64,000 bases of DNA, taken from positions 160,001 to 224,000 of the forward strand of contig CAVOYH010000001.1 of assembly GCA_963700635.1 (NCBI GenBank). The letters run 5' to 3'. The notes below the pieces were generated by a model. The model ran no database searches and was not told the DNA's origin. It saw only the letters and a program-made list of their open reading frames with translations. How positions within the stretch are numbered: position 1 is the first letter of the stretch; each line of letters begins with the position of its first letter. The position numbers were made by a program, and so were the translations under genes. Shown here in pieces: positions 10,117-19,297 of this stretch. This DNA comes from an uncultured Bacteroidota bacterium (GTDB taxonomy: Bacteria > Bacteroidota > Ignavibacteria > UBA10030 > UBA6906).

Positions 10117-10437
10117 ATGCGAAATCTGTGGATAGGTGTGGTGGTCTTAGGACTGGCAGCATGTGCGCAATCACCGGTTATGGCTCAGGAACAACAGACT
10201 TCGAAGGCGGAGAAGCCGGCTGTCACGCAGCCAGCTGTTGACGTGTTCGCCTGTCCGATGCATCCAGAGGTCACTGCCGCAAAGGCCGGCAAATGCTCCA
10301 AGTGCGATATGGCTCTGGAGAAGAAAGTTACAAAGACCTCAAAGGAGGTCAAGAGTAAACCAAAACCGCACAAGGATATGAAGAACGAGGGCAAAGAAAA
10401 ATGTGGGGGATGTGCAGAGCCATGCGGAGACCAGTAA
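10117..10437 (+). CDS. Exported heavy-metal-binding-domain (CPMHP) protein, possible lipoprotein
   Basis: Signal peptide with LAAC lipobox-like motif, FACPMHPEV...GKCSKCDMAL, Lys-rich linker, C-terminal CGGCAEPC. Confidence 0.8.
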   Translation: MRNLWIGVVVLGLAACAQSPVMAQEQQTSKAEKPAVTQPAVDVFACPMHPEVTAAKAGKCSKCDMALEKKVTKTSKEVKSKPKPHKDMKNEGKEKCGGCAEPCGDQ

Positions 10438-10466
10438 TCTCCCTTATACCATGAAGGGTTACCCCC

Positions 10467-10904
10467 ATGACAATACTCGTCGTTGATGACGAGCCGGAAT
10501 ACAGACTCGTTTTAAAGAATGTACTGCTGACGGAAGGTTTCCAGGTCGTCCTTGCAGAAAACGGCGAGGATGCATACCAGAAACTGACCCAGAACACCGT
10601 GGACCTGGTCATATCCGACATTTATATGCCGGTGATGGACGGCATCCGCTTTCATCGGATGGTACGCGACAATTCACAATATAAAGAACTCCCATTTCTG
10701 TTCGTGTCTGCCTTTGATGACCAGCACACACTCGATGCGGTAAAGGATCCACGATTCGAGGGGTTCCTTCGCAAAGCACGTCCCGTATCCGAGATGAAAG
10801 AGTGGATTCATTACTTGATGACACCGGAAGACAAGCGTCCCAAGCTGCCTCCTGGGGGGGCGCGCTCCCGCCTCAATCAACAGCTGCGCGGTAGAAATCG
10901 CTGA
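10467..10904 (+). CDS. Stand-alone response regulator receiver protein
   Basis: ILVVDDE, VISDIYMPVMDG (phospho-Asp), FVSA, conserved Lys in FLRK. Confidence 0.92.
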   Translation: MTILVVDDEPEYRLVLKNVLLTEGFQVVLAENGEDAYQKLTQNTVDLVISDIYMPVMDGIRFHRMVRDNSQYKELPFLFVSAFDDQHTLDAVKDPRFEGFLRKARPVSEMKEWIHYLMTPEDKRPKLPPGGARSRLNQQLRGRNR

Positions 10905-10952
10905 GCCGTGTATTGACGTTCTCGCCACACACAATCACAAACCTGACACGAT

Positions 10953-11981
10953 ATGCCTGATACCATACGTACGCCCGCGACGCTTGTTACCGGAGCGAAT
11001 GGCGAAATGGGACATGGGCTGATCGAACGGTTGGCCGAATCCGGCGGGCACCATATTATTGCCATGGATGTGCGTCCGATTGACGATTCATTGAGCGCCC
11101 TTTGCGGGACCACCCTCATTGGTGACATCCTGGACTCCCGCCTGCTTGAGCGATTGGCGAGCGAGTATCAGATCCGGGCGATTTACCATCTTGCCGCGCT
11201 GCTCTCCACCCGTGCAGAATTTACGCCCGAGGCGGCACACCGCGTCAACGTGGAAGGCACGATGTCGCTTCTCCGGCTTGCCATCGAACAGTCGCGCTGG
11301 CAGGGTGCGCCGGTTCAGTTCCTCTTTCCAAGTTCCATTGCTGTGTACGGACTCCCCTCGATCGACATAAAACGAAGTGCGGGCAAAGTACGTGAGGACA
11401 GCTGGACGCAGCCCATTACGATGTACGGATGCAACAAACTGTATTGTGAGCACCTCGGTCGATACTATACACATCACTACCGGCAGCTTGCGGCGGATGC
11501 AGAAAAAGCAGCCGTGGATTTTCGGGCGATTCGGTTCCCCGGGCTGATTAGCGCGATGACCCTTCCGAGTGGTGGCACGAGCGATTACGCACCCGAGATG
11601 CTGCATGCCGCTGCGCAGGGAAAACCGTATTCCTGTTTTGTGCGCGAGGATGTCCGGATCCCTTTTATGGCAATGCCTGACGCAATCACCGCCCTGCTCG
11701 CCCTCCAGGCTGCTCCATTACATCGTCTCTCACAGACCGTCTATAACATCACGAGCTTCAGTCCATCGGCAGATGAGATCAGGAGTATTGTAAAGAAGGC
11801 ATTCCCCGATTCCGAGATCACGTTCCTGCCGGACGACAAGCGTCAGGCTATCGTCGATTCCTGGCCGGAAGATGTGGACGACAGCAGTGCCCGGCGTGAT
11901 TGGGATTTTATACCGGAGTACGATCAGAGACGGGCATTCGAGGAGTACCTGATCCCGACGATCCGTCAACGGTACCGCTGA
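10953..11981 (+). CDS. tdh: L-threonine 3-dehydrogenase (SDR/epimerase type)
   Basis: TGANGEMG, HLAALLS, PSSIAVYG, YGCNK, GGTSDYA, RQAIVDSWP...D.S.ARRDW signatures of SDR-type TDH. Confidence 0.85.
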   Translation: MPDTIRTPATLVTGANGEMGHGLIERLAESGGHHIIAMDVRPIDDSLSALCGTTLIGDILDSRLLERLASEYQIRAIYHLAALLSTRAEFTPEAAHRVNVEGTMSLLRLAIEQSRWQGAPVQFLFPSSIAVYGLPSIDIKRSAGKVREDSWTQPITMYGCNKLYCEHLGRYYTHHYRQLAADAEKAAVDFRAIRFPGLISAMTLPSGGTSDYAPEMLHAAAQGKPYSCFVREDVRIPFMAMPDAITALLALQAAPLHRLSQTVYNITSFSPSADEIRSIVKKAFPDSEITFLPDDKRQAIVDSWPEDVDDSSARRDWDFIPEYDQRRAFEEYLIPTIRQRYR

Positions 11982-12003
11982 CCAATCAGAACACGGGGGC
12001 GCC

Positions 12004-13929
12004 ATGGACAGAACGGACGAACAGTCTCCCCACGCGGTGATTGGCTGGTCGGTGATCGCTCTCTCCCTCCTCATCGGCTTCTCTGGAATTTTCCCGTCGG
12101 CTGTGAACTGGGGCGTACATTTCTGGGGCTTTCTCCCCGCGCCGAGCGTCCTGGTCCCGCTCACGCTCTTCCTCCTTTCACTTTTTCCTTCCTCACAGAC
12201 CGGTGTTCTCCGGTTCATTGAGGTGAGCAATAGCCGGTTGCGCGGGTATCCTTCTTTCACGCGGCGTCTGGTCTGGATCGCTGCCGGTTTTCTCATGATT
12301 GCGGTGTTCTGGTCTTCCCGTCAAGCCACGCACTTCCTGGGCGATGGGTATCTTCTCCTTCGCACGCTCCCTCTCGCGGCGCAGTCCGGCGAGATCGCCG
12401 CATCGTTCCCCACCGCCCCGCTGACCGGGTATCTTGCCGTGTGCGTGTATCGGGTGTTTGTGTATATCGGGTTGGCCGATGCGGCGCTTCTTTCCTGGCA
12501 GAGTCTTTCCATCGGAAGCGGGATCCTTGCAATCCCGCTTCTCTGGTATCTGGCAGGCCAGATCTGGACTGATGCCAGGGAACGTACTCTGGGGACTCTG
12601 TTCCTGCTGTGCGGTGGTTCCGCAATGCTCTTTTTCGGATATGTGGAAACGTATCCGCTTGCCTTTACATGTTCTCTGGCGTATGCGGGTGTGGCCCTGA
12701 GCGTACAGCGCGGCGCACCGCGCCTTGTACTTGCCTCGATCGTCTTTGCTGTTCTGGTTCTGCTCCATGTCGGAATGATCGTGTTTGCTCCATCGTTGTT
12801 GTTCCTCTATGTCAGGTATGGTCGTGCCCACGGATGGCGGACATTCAGGGTGCCGCTTCTCTCCTGTATCGTTGTGCTGATAGCGGGTCTTGTCGTGCTT
12901 GGGTATTCACCCCTGCGGCTCGTTGCGACGTTTTCCCGCGACGGCCTTTCATATCTTTCCGTGCACTCGGCGGATCCGTGGGGAGATGCGTTCTCCCTGT
13001 TTGCGCCATGGCATGTTGTTGATCTGGCCAATGCCTTTCTTCTGGTATCTCCGTTTTCACTTGTCCTGATCGGAGGGTTTCTTGCGGGGGCATTTCTCCC
13101 GGCACGGTTCCGTCATGCGGACGCGACATTCTGGATGGTCCTTGCGGGTCCCGCGCTGTTCTGGCTCTTTCTCAACAACTTCGAGCTCGGACTGAGTCGT
13201 GACTGGGATCTAGCTTCCCCGGCTGTCTTTATGACTTCGCTGGCGGGCGTTGCGAGCTGGAGTGCATTGACGGGGCCTTCTGAGGCCAGACGGAGAGGGC
13301 TTGTCGTCATGGTAGTCCTGACGGCAATACAGACCGTTGGGTGGGTTGCCGTGAACGCCTCGGTGGACCGGTCGGTCCGGAGATTTGAGAGTCTTCTGGA
13401 CTTCCGGTTTCAATCGCCACGTGCGGCCGCAATAGCGCTTGAGGAGATGGGCTGGTACAGGCGCACCAACGGTGACTATGCAGGCGCGGGAAGTGCATAC
13501 GCGCAGTGTGTTGTACTGGATTCTACAAATGCCCGTCGGTGGGTATTACTGGCGAATGCCGGAGCGGCAGCGGGAGACACGAGTACTGCGCGGGCCGCTT
13601 TTGAGCGGGCTATCCATCTCGGCACCGCTGATCCCGAGGCGTATCTGAATCTTGGAGTCCTGAGGTATCACGCTGGCGATATGGATCAGGGCATCCGGCT
13701 TGTCCGGGATGCGATCGCCCTGGACACAACACAAACGCTGAGTCTCTACACGCTTGGGCGTATGTATCAGGATGGAGTGAGGGATACACTTGCCGCGCTC
13801 CACTGGTACACGCGTGTTCTCCGGATGGATTCGTCACATGCAGGGGCCCGGATGCGGGCGGCAGAGTGCAGACGGAGTCTCTCAGACGAACACGGGCGCT
13901 CCCTCACAAGACCCGGCGCGGCACATTAA
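12004..13929 (+). CDS. Polytopic membrane protein with C-terminal TPRs (GT-C-like, putative glycosyltransferase)
   Basis: More than 10 TM helices, acidic loop motifs FLGDG, GYVETY, SRDWDL, and TPR-like repeats (AYLNLG, SLYTLG). Confidence 0.65.
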   Translation: MDRTDEQSPHAVIGWSVIALSLLIGFSGIFPSAVNWGVHFWGFLPAPSVLVPLTLFLLSLFPSSQTGVLRFIEVSNSRLRGYPSFTRRLVWIAAGFLMIAVFWSSRQATHFLGDGYLLLRTLPLAAQSGEIAASFPTAPLTGYLAVCVYRVFVYIGLADAALLSWQSLSIGSGILAIPLLWYLAGQIWTDARERTLGTLFLLCGGSAMLFFGYVETYPLAFTCSLAYAGVALSVQRGAPRLVLASIVFAVLVLLHVGMIVFAPSLLFLYVRYGRAHGWRTFRVPLLSCIVVLIAGLVVLGYSPLRLVATFSRDGLSYLSVHSADPWGDAFSLFAPWHVVDLANAFLLVSPFSLVLIGGFLAGAFLPARFRHADATFWMVLAGPALFWLFLNNFELGLSRDWDLASPAVFMTSLAGVASWSALTGPSEARRRGLVVMVVLTAIQTVGWVAVNASVDRSVRRFESLLDFRFQSPRAAAIALEEMGWYRRTNGDYAGAGSAYAQCVVLDSTNARRWVLLANAGAAAGDTSTARAAFERAIHLGTADPEAYLNLGVLRYHAGDMDQGIRLVRDAIALDTTQTLSLYTLGRMYQDGVRDTLAALHWYTRVLRMDSSHAGARMRAAECRRSLSDEHGRSLTRPGAAH

Positions 13930-14032
13930 CGCGTCGCGGGATCGAATGAAATTATCGTTCGGAAAATTCCCTCCTCCCTGATAATAGAAAGAGAACCCGC
14001 GCATTCCGCTCATCGTCTTCAGGGAGGATGGT

Positions 14033-14257
14033 ATGGCAACACCCAGTGCATTGTATTCCACCATGGTCCGGGCAGGCCGGACGACGTATTTTGTGGATGT
14101 GAAGGAAGCGAAAAATGGGAAGCGGTTCCTGGCAATCTCGGAAAACCGTCTTGATGAAGAGGACAAAAAACAACGCATCACCGTCCGGGTTTTCCAGGAG
14201 AGCGTCGATCAGTTCCGGCAGGCAGTAGAGGAGGCGAGCAGGGCCGTTTCCACATGA
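14033..14257 (+). CDS. PUR-alpha-like (DUF3276) single-stranded nucleic-acid-binding protein
   Basis: LYSTMVRAGRTTYFVDVKEAKNGKRFLAISE pattern. RBS GGAGG. Confidence 0.85.
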   Translation: MATPSALYSTMVRAGRTTYFVDVKEAKNGKRFLAISENRLDEEDKKQRITVRVFQESVDQFRQAVEEASRAVST

Positions 14258-14360
14258 TGCCACGGAGATTCTGACCCTTTTACTATCCTGGCTGCATCAG
14301 ATGGTGTAGACAACCCCGAAAAACGGGCCATTTTTCGCGTGTCATTAAGGAAAGGACACC

Positions 14361-14714
14361 ATGGAACACCTGACGAAGCAGACCTTCATGGAAAAAATCT
14401 ACAATTTTGAAAGTAATCAGGAATGGAAGTACGAGGGGACGATTCCCTGTATTATCGATTTCTACGCCGATTGGTGTGCTCCATGCAAAATGGTGGCTCC
14501 GATACTTGAAGATCTGGCCCGTGAATATGACGGCAAGATCCAGGTCTACAAGATTGACACGGAAAAGGAACAGGAACTTGCCGCCATGTTCGGCATTCGG
14601 AGTATTCCCTCGCTGCTCTTCGTTCCCAAAGAGGGCCAACCGCAGATGGCTATGGGTGCCCTGCCAAAGGAGGCCTTCAAGGATGCGATTAAGACCGTTC
14701 TCGGTGTGAACTGA
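14361..14714 (+). CDS. trxA: Thioredoxin
   Basis: DFYADWCAPCK active site, GIRSIPSLLF. Confidence 0.96.
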   Translation: MEHLTKQTFMEKIYNFESNQEWKYEGTIPCIIDFYADWCAPCKMVAPILEDLAREYDGKIQVYKIDTEKEQELAAMFGIRSIPSLLFVPKEGQPQMAMGALPKEAFKDAIKTVLGVN

Positions 14715-14770
14715 CATCTCTCAAACCTCGGGTTTCTTCCCGACCCCGCAGGCGTCACCGGCACCCACAG

Positions 14771-14820
14771 AAACGGCGTGAAAGCAGAGTCTTCTGCTCT
14801 CCCGCCGTTTTCGCTTTCTC
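14771..14820 (+). terminator. Probable intrinsic terminator downstream of trxA
   Basis: AAACGGCG..AGCAGA/TCTGCT..CGCCGTTT interrupted stem followed by TCGCTTTCTC. Confidence 0.5.
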
Positions 14821-14895
14821 TGCACCATCCCGTTCGAACAGCGCCGCCGCACCAGGGTATCTCACAGTTCCGGGCAGCGAAATGAACCTTATCCG

Positions 14896-14924
14896 TTGAG
14901 GATTCCTGCAGATTTTGTTATCTT
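14896..14924 (+). promoter_or_regulatory. sigma70-type promoter for lpoB-COG3014-glgB
   Basis: TTGAGG-N17-TATCTT with extended -10 TGn. Confidence 0.5.
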
Positions 14925-14961
14925 TTACTCTATCTACCCACAGTGCAGCAGACGATTTTTA

Positions 14962-15597
14962 ATGAACAGTTCAAGGAGGAACACCTTGGGAACCCTACGT
15001 CTCGTATCCACCGCCCTGTCAATGGTCGCGGTGATGCTCCTGGCCGGATGCGGCCAATCCAAAACCGTCACGCGTGTAGAACCGGACGAAGTAACCGATC
15101 TGAGCGGGGACTGGAATGACACCGATTCGCGTCTTGTGGCCGAGGAGATGATCAAAGATGTCCTGAACAGACCCTGGCTCGGAGAGTTCAAAGGAGAAAC
15201 AAAACGCTCGCCGGTTGTTATCGTAGGCACGGTGCGCAATAGGACTGCCGAACACATTGCCACAACTGCCTTCATCAAGAATCTGGAACGCGAACTCATT
15301 AATTCTTCCCGCGTCGAGTTTGTTGCCAACAAGGAAGAACGCGCCGAAGTCAGGGATGAACGGGCAGACCAGCAGGAATTCTCTTCGGCTGAATCTCTGA
15401 AAAAATTCCAGAAGGAAACCGGTGCTGATTACATGCTCCGCGGGGATATTACGTCTATTATTGATCAGGCCTCCGGGACACGGGCAAAATTCTATCAGGT
15501 TAATCTTGAACTTGTAAATATCGAAACCAACAAGAAAGTCTGGCTGGGTGAGAAGAAGATCAAGAAGATTGTGACACAGGATGGAACCAAGTTCTAA
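14962..15597 (+). CDS. lpoB: LpoB-like penicillin-binding-protein activator lipoprotein
   Basis: LLAGC lipobox, DLSGDWNDTDSRLVAEEMI, VRNRTAEHI, GADYML.G.I, L.LVNIETN.KVW. Confidence 0.82.
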   Translation: MNSSRRNTLGTLRLVSTALSMVAVMLLAGCGQSKTVTRVEPDEVTDLSGDWNDTDSRLVAEEMIKDVLNRPWLGEFKGETKRSPVVIVGTVRNRTAEHIATTAFIKNLERELINSSRVEFVANKEERAEVRDERADQQEFSSAESLKKFQKETGADYMLRGDITSIIDQASGTRAKFYQVNLELVNIETNKKVWLGEKKIKKIVTQDGTKF

Positions 15598-15604
15598 TCC
15601 CTCC

Positions 15605-16987
15605 ATGCGGCCCGTCGCATACATTCGGAAAGCGCTGTGGATCTGTGCCCCGGCGCTTTCCCTGTTGCTGACCTCATGCGGGGTCTCGACGGAGTTCTAC
15701 CGTTCGGTCGATGCCGAGATGGCCCGGGGCAACTACTCCGACGCAGTGGATGTTGTCCGCAAACACCAGCGAACCTACGGGGACAAGAGTTCGGTGTTGT
15801 ACAACCTGGAGATGGGACTGCTGTTCCATTACGCCGATCAACCGGATTCTTCGACTCTGTACCTGCTCCGGGCGGAGAAAGAAATCGAAGACCTCTACAC
15901 CAAGAGCGTTTCCCTGGGGGCGATGTCCTTCCTGTTGAACGACAACGTGCTGCCGTATGAAGGGGAAGACTTTGAAAAAGTTCTTGTGAATATCTTCCTT
16001 GCCCTGAATTTCGCGGAAAAAGGTCAGGGTGATGAGGCCGTCGTTGAGGCGCGAAAAGTTGACCTCAAACTTCGCGACTATGCACGGCAATACGAAGGAA
16101 AAAATGCCTATCAGGAAGATGCGTTCGCACGATACCTCGCCGGCGTACTGTACGAGTCAAATGGCGAGATAAACGACGCGTTTATCTCCTACCGCAAAGC
16201 GCACGAGGCGTACACGAGGTATGCCACCGAGTTTGGTACACCGGCCCCGAGCTTCCTTCTCGATGATCTAGTCCGGACAGCCGATCTGCTCGGGTTCGGG
16301 GAGGATGCAGATCGTTATCGGACTCAAGGGGGGAAGACGTTCGACCGTTCCGGTTCTCCACGGGGTAGTCTTGTCGTCATCGCCTATGCGGGATTATGCC
16401 CGATCAAAACGGAAATCCGCCCGTCCGTTTCCATCCCTGACAACGACGGTATCATTCACACCTTTCAGATTGCCCTGCCGAAATTTGCTCCCCGATTCAG
16501 AGGGGCACGCTCCTATACCGTGGAAGCACGTCTGGGTGACACTCAGGAGATCGCCGGGTCAACCCGCACAGAACTTGCGGAGGATGTCACGGCTATTGCT
16601 TCCCGGGTGCTGGACGACCGGCTGGGTTTGATCTATCTGAAGAGCGGCGGACGCGCCCTCCTGAAGTTTCTGGCCGCTGAAAAAGCAAAATCGGCCATCA
16701 AGAAGAAAGATGGCGGAGAGAACGAGAGCCGGGGACGGAGTGGCAATACCATTGTGAATATCCTGGGTAGCATCGCGATTGACCTGGCCGTTGGTGCTAC
16801 GGAACAGGCGGACGTCCGGACGTGGCGTACGCTTCCTGCTCAGTTTCAGATGTCACGGTTGATGCTCCAGCCGGGAGCGTACACGGTACGCGTGGCTTCG
16901 AGTGATGGAGGATATCTCCTTCCTGCGGAGCCAGTGACGATCCGGCCGGGCAAAACCTCATTTCTACTTGTCGATGATATCCGGTGA
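15605..16987 (+). CDS. COG3014-family lipoprotein (LpoB-associated)
   Basis: LLTSC lipobox, PYEGEDFEKV, AVVEARK, QADVRTWRTLP. Typical neighbour of lpoB-like genes. Confidence 0.78.
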   Translation: MRPVAYIRKALWICAPALSLLLTSCGVSTEFYRSVDAEMARGNYSDAVDVVRKHQRTYGDKSSVLYNLEMGLLFHYADQPDSSTLYLLRAEKEIEDLYTKSVSLGAMSFLLNDNVLPYEGEDFEKVLVNIFLALNFAEKGQGDEAVVEARKVDLKLRDYARQYEGKNAYQEDAFARYLAGVLYESNGEINDAFISYRKAHEAYTRYATEFGTPAPSFLLDDLVRTADLLGFGEDADRYRTQGGKTFDRSGSPRGSLVVIAYAGLCPIKTEIRPSVSIPDNDGIIHTFQIALPKFAPRFRGARSYTVEARLGDTQEIAGSTRTELAEDVTAIASRVLDDRLGLIYLKSGGRALLKFLAAEKAKSAIKKKDGGENESRGRSGNTIVNILGSIAIDLAVGATEQADVRTWRTLPAQFQMSRLMLQPGAYTVRVASSDGGYLLPAEPVTIRPGKTSFLLVDDIR

Positions 16988-16990
16988 GCG

Positions 16991-19201
16991 ATGAACACAA
17001 CAGCCCAGATTGACGAAGTCTATCGAATTATTCACACTGACCACCACGATCCATTCCAGATCCTGGGCATGCACTCCATCGTAGTCGGCGGAAAGCCTGC
17101 GCTGGTGATTCGTGCCTTTCTTCCTGACAGCAACAGGGTCTTCCTCGTTCCCGCCCGGGGGGCAGGGCTTGCCGCAGAAATCGAACTTTCCCGTGTACAC
17201 GAACATGGCTTCTTTGAAGCCGTTATTCCGGAGAGCACGGAGGCCTTTCCCTACCAGCTCAAAAAAATCACACGGAACGGTGCTATAGAAATCTTTCGCG
17301 ATTCGTACTCGTATTTGCCGACGCTGAGCGATGTTGACGTCTATCTTTTTAATGCCGGAAGCCATCACCGGGTCTATGAAAAGCTCGGCGCGCACTACGC
17401 GGTTGTGGATGGGGTTGGGGGTGTGCAGTTTGCTGTCTGGGCGCCGGGAGCCCGAGCCGTGAGCGTGATCGGGGAGTTTAACGGATGGGACAGGCGTTGC
17501 CACGCGATGCGCGTCCTGGGATCGTCCGGCATCTGGGAGATTTTTGTTCCGGGTTTGCCGGAGGGGGTTCTGTATAAGTTCCAGGTCAAAACGCAGACAG
17601 GATACGTGATGGACAAAACGGACCCCTACGGGTTCGAAATGGAGGTGCGACCCAGCACCGCTTCACGTGTGAATTTTCTCGACAACTATACCTGGAACGA
17701 CGCCGGGTGGCTTGAGCGGCGTGCGCGGGGGGGACAGCTGGATCAGCCGTTCGCTGTCTATGAAGTTCATCCCGGGTCCTGGCAACGCAAGGAGCACGGT
17801 CAATGGCTGACCTATCGAGATCTGGCCGACCGTCTTATTCCCTATGTGCGCTCCACAGGATTCACGCATATCGAACTTCTTCCGGTCATGGAGCATCCCC
17901 TCGACGCTTCCTGGGGGTATCAGGTGACCGGGTACTTTGCACCGACGAGTCGGTTTGGTTCTCCGCAGGATTTTATGTGGTTTGTTGACCGGTGCCACCA
18001 GGAGGGGATCGGGGTCATTCTGGATTGGGTGCCGGCGCATTTTCCACAGGACATTCATGCGCTGGCGCTCTTCGACGGCACGCACCTGTATGAGCATGCA
18101 GATCCCCGGAAAGGGCTACATCAGGATTGGGGCACCTTCATCTTCAACTTCGGGCGGCTGGAAGTGCAGAACTTCCTCATCGGCAATGCCCTGTTCTGGA
18201 TCGATCGGTATCATGTTGATGGTTTCCGTATCGATGCGGTGGCTTCGATGCTCTATCTCGACTATTCGCGCAACGCCGGGGAGTGGATTCCCAATCAGTA
18301 TGGAGGCCGCGAGAATCTCGAAGCGATCCATTTTCTGCGGGAGCTGAACCGCGTCGTCCACGAGTATTATCCGGGCGCCCTTACCATTGCAGAAGAATCA
18401 ACGGCCTGGCCGGGGGTCACAGCACCCATCGAGCATGGCGGCCTCGGTTTTGATCTGAAATGGAATATGGGATGGATGCACGATGTCCTGGAGTACTTCT
18501 CGCATGATCCGGTGCACCGCTCCTACCATCACAACAATCTTACCTTTGCCCTGCTCTATGCGTTTACGGAACGTTTTATTCTTCCGCTCTCGCACGATGA
18601 AGTTGTCCATGGGAAGAACGCCCTGCTGAGCAAGATGACGGGAGATCTCTGGCAGAAACTGGCAAATCTCAGGCTCCTGCTGGGCTTTATGACCGGATTT
18701 CCCGGAAAAAAACTTCTCTTTATGGGGGCGGAATTCGGGCAATGGGACGAATGGAACCATGACCGGAGTCTGGACTGGCACCTTCTCGATTTCGACACGC
18801 ACCGGGGAGTGCACCGGTGGGTGCAGGATGTGCTCCAGCTGTACGCTTCGCGTCGTGCCCTTCATGCCGATGATTTCCACTATAGCGGGTTTTCCTGGGT
18901 GGATTTTCATGATAGCACGGGAAGTATAATTTCCTTCGAACGCTCCGCCCACGAACCCGAAGATGTTATTTCAGTTGTCTGCAACTTCACGCCTGTGCCC
19001 CGATACGATTACCGCGTTGGCGTGCGTGAAGCGGGGTGGTACAAAGAGCTGCTGAACAGTGACGCAGAATTGTATGGTGGCGGAAATGTGGGTAATGGGG
19101 GGGGTGTAAATGCTGACCCGGTGCCATTCCACGATCGACCGTATTCCGTTGCTCTGACCATTCCTCCGCTGGCCGTTCTTTTTCTGAGCCGGGTAGCGTA
19201 G
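16991..19201 (+). CDS. glgB: 1,4-alpha-glucan branching enzyme
   Basis: FAVWAPGA, YEVHPGSW, SWGYQVTGYFAP, GFRIDAVASM, AEEST, LSHDEVVHGK. Confidence 0.98.
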   Translation: MNTTAQIDEVYRIIHTDHHDPFQILGMHSIVVGGKPALVIRAFLPDSNRVFLVPARGAGLAAEIELSRVHEHGFFEAVIPESTEAFPYQLKKITRNGAIEIFRDSYSYLPTLSDVDVYLFNAGSHHRVYEKLGAHYAVVDGVGGVQFAVWAPGARAVSVIGEFNGWDRRCHAMRVLGSSGIWEIFVPGLPEGVLYKFQVKTQTGYVMDKTDPYGFEMEVRPSTASRVNFLDNYTWNDAGWLERRARGGQLDQPFAVYEVHPGSWQRKEHGQWLTYRDLADRLIPYVRSTGFTHIELLPVMEHPLDASWGYQVTGYFAPTSRFGSPQDFMWFVDRCHQEGIGVILDWVPAHFPQDIHALALFDGTHLYEHADPRKGLHQDWGTFIFNFGRLEVQNFLIGNALFWIDRYHVDGFRIDAVASMLYLDYSRNAGEWIPNQYGGRENLEAIHFLRELNRVVHEYYPGALTIAEESTAWPGVTAPIEHGGLGFDLKWNMGWMHDVLEYFSHDPVHRSYHHNNLTFALLYAFTERFILPLSHDEVVHGKNALLSKMTGDLWQKLANLRLLLGFMTGFPGKKLLFMGAEFGQWDEWNHDRSLDWHLLDFDTHRGVHRWVQDVLQLYASRRALHADDFHYSGFSWVDFHDSTGSIISFERSAHEPEDVISVVCNFTPVPRYDYRVGVREAGWYKELLNSDAELYGGGNVGNGGGVNADPVPFHDRPYSVALTIPPLAVLFLSRVA

Positions 19202-19241
19202 TTTCGCTGCATCGAGAATGGTGATTCCACGGAACTGAACC

Positions 19242-19285
19242 CTGTACGCGCATTGTTATAATAGTGTTGAACAAATGTGAACGAC
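19242..19285 (+). promoter_or_regulatory. crt operon promoter (extended -10 TGtTATAAT) overlapped by four 11-bp-phased repeats (CarH-type operator)
   Basis: TGT at 19243, 19254, 19265, 19276 (exact 11-bp period). TATAAT at 19257-19262. Confidence 0.7.
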
Positions 19286-19297
19286 GACGGGAGTTCT

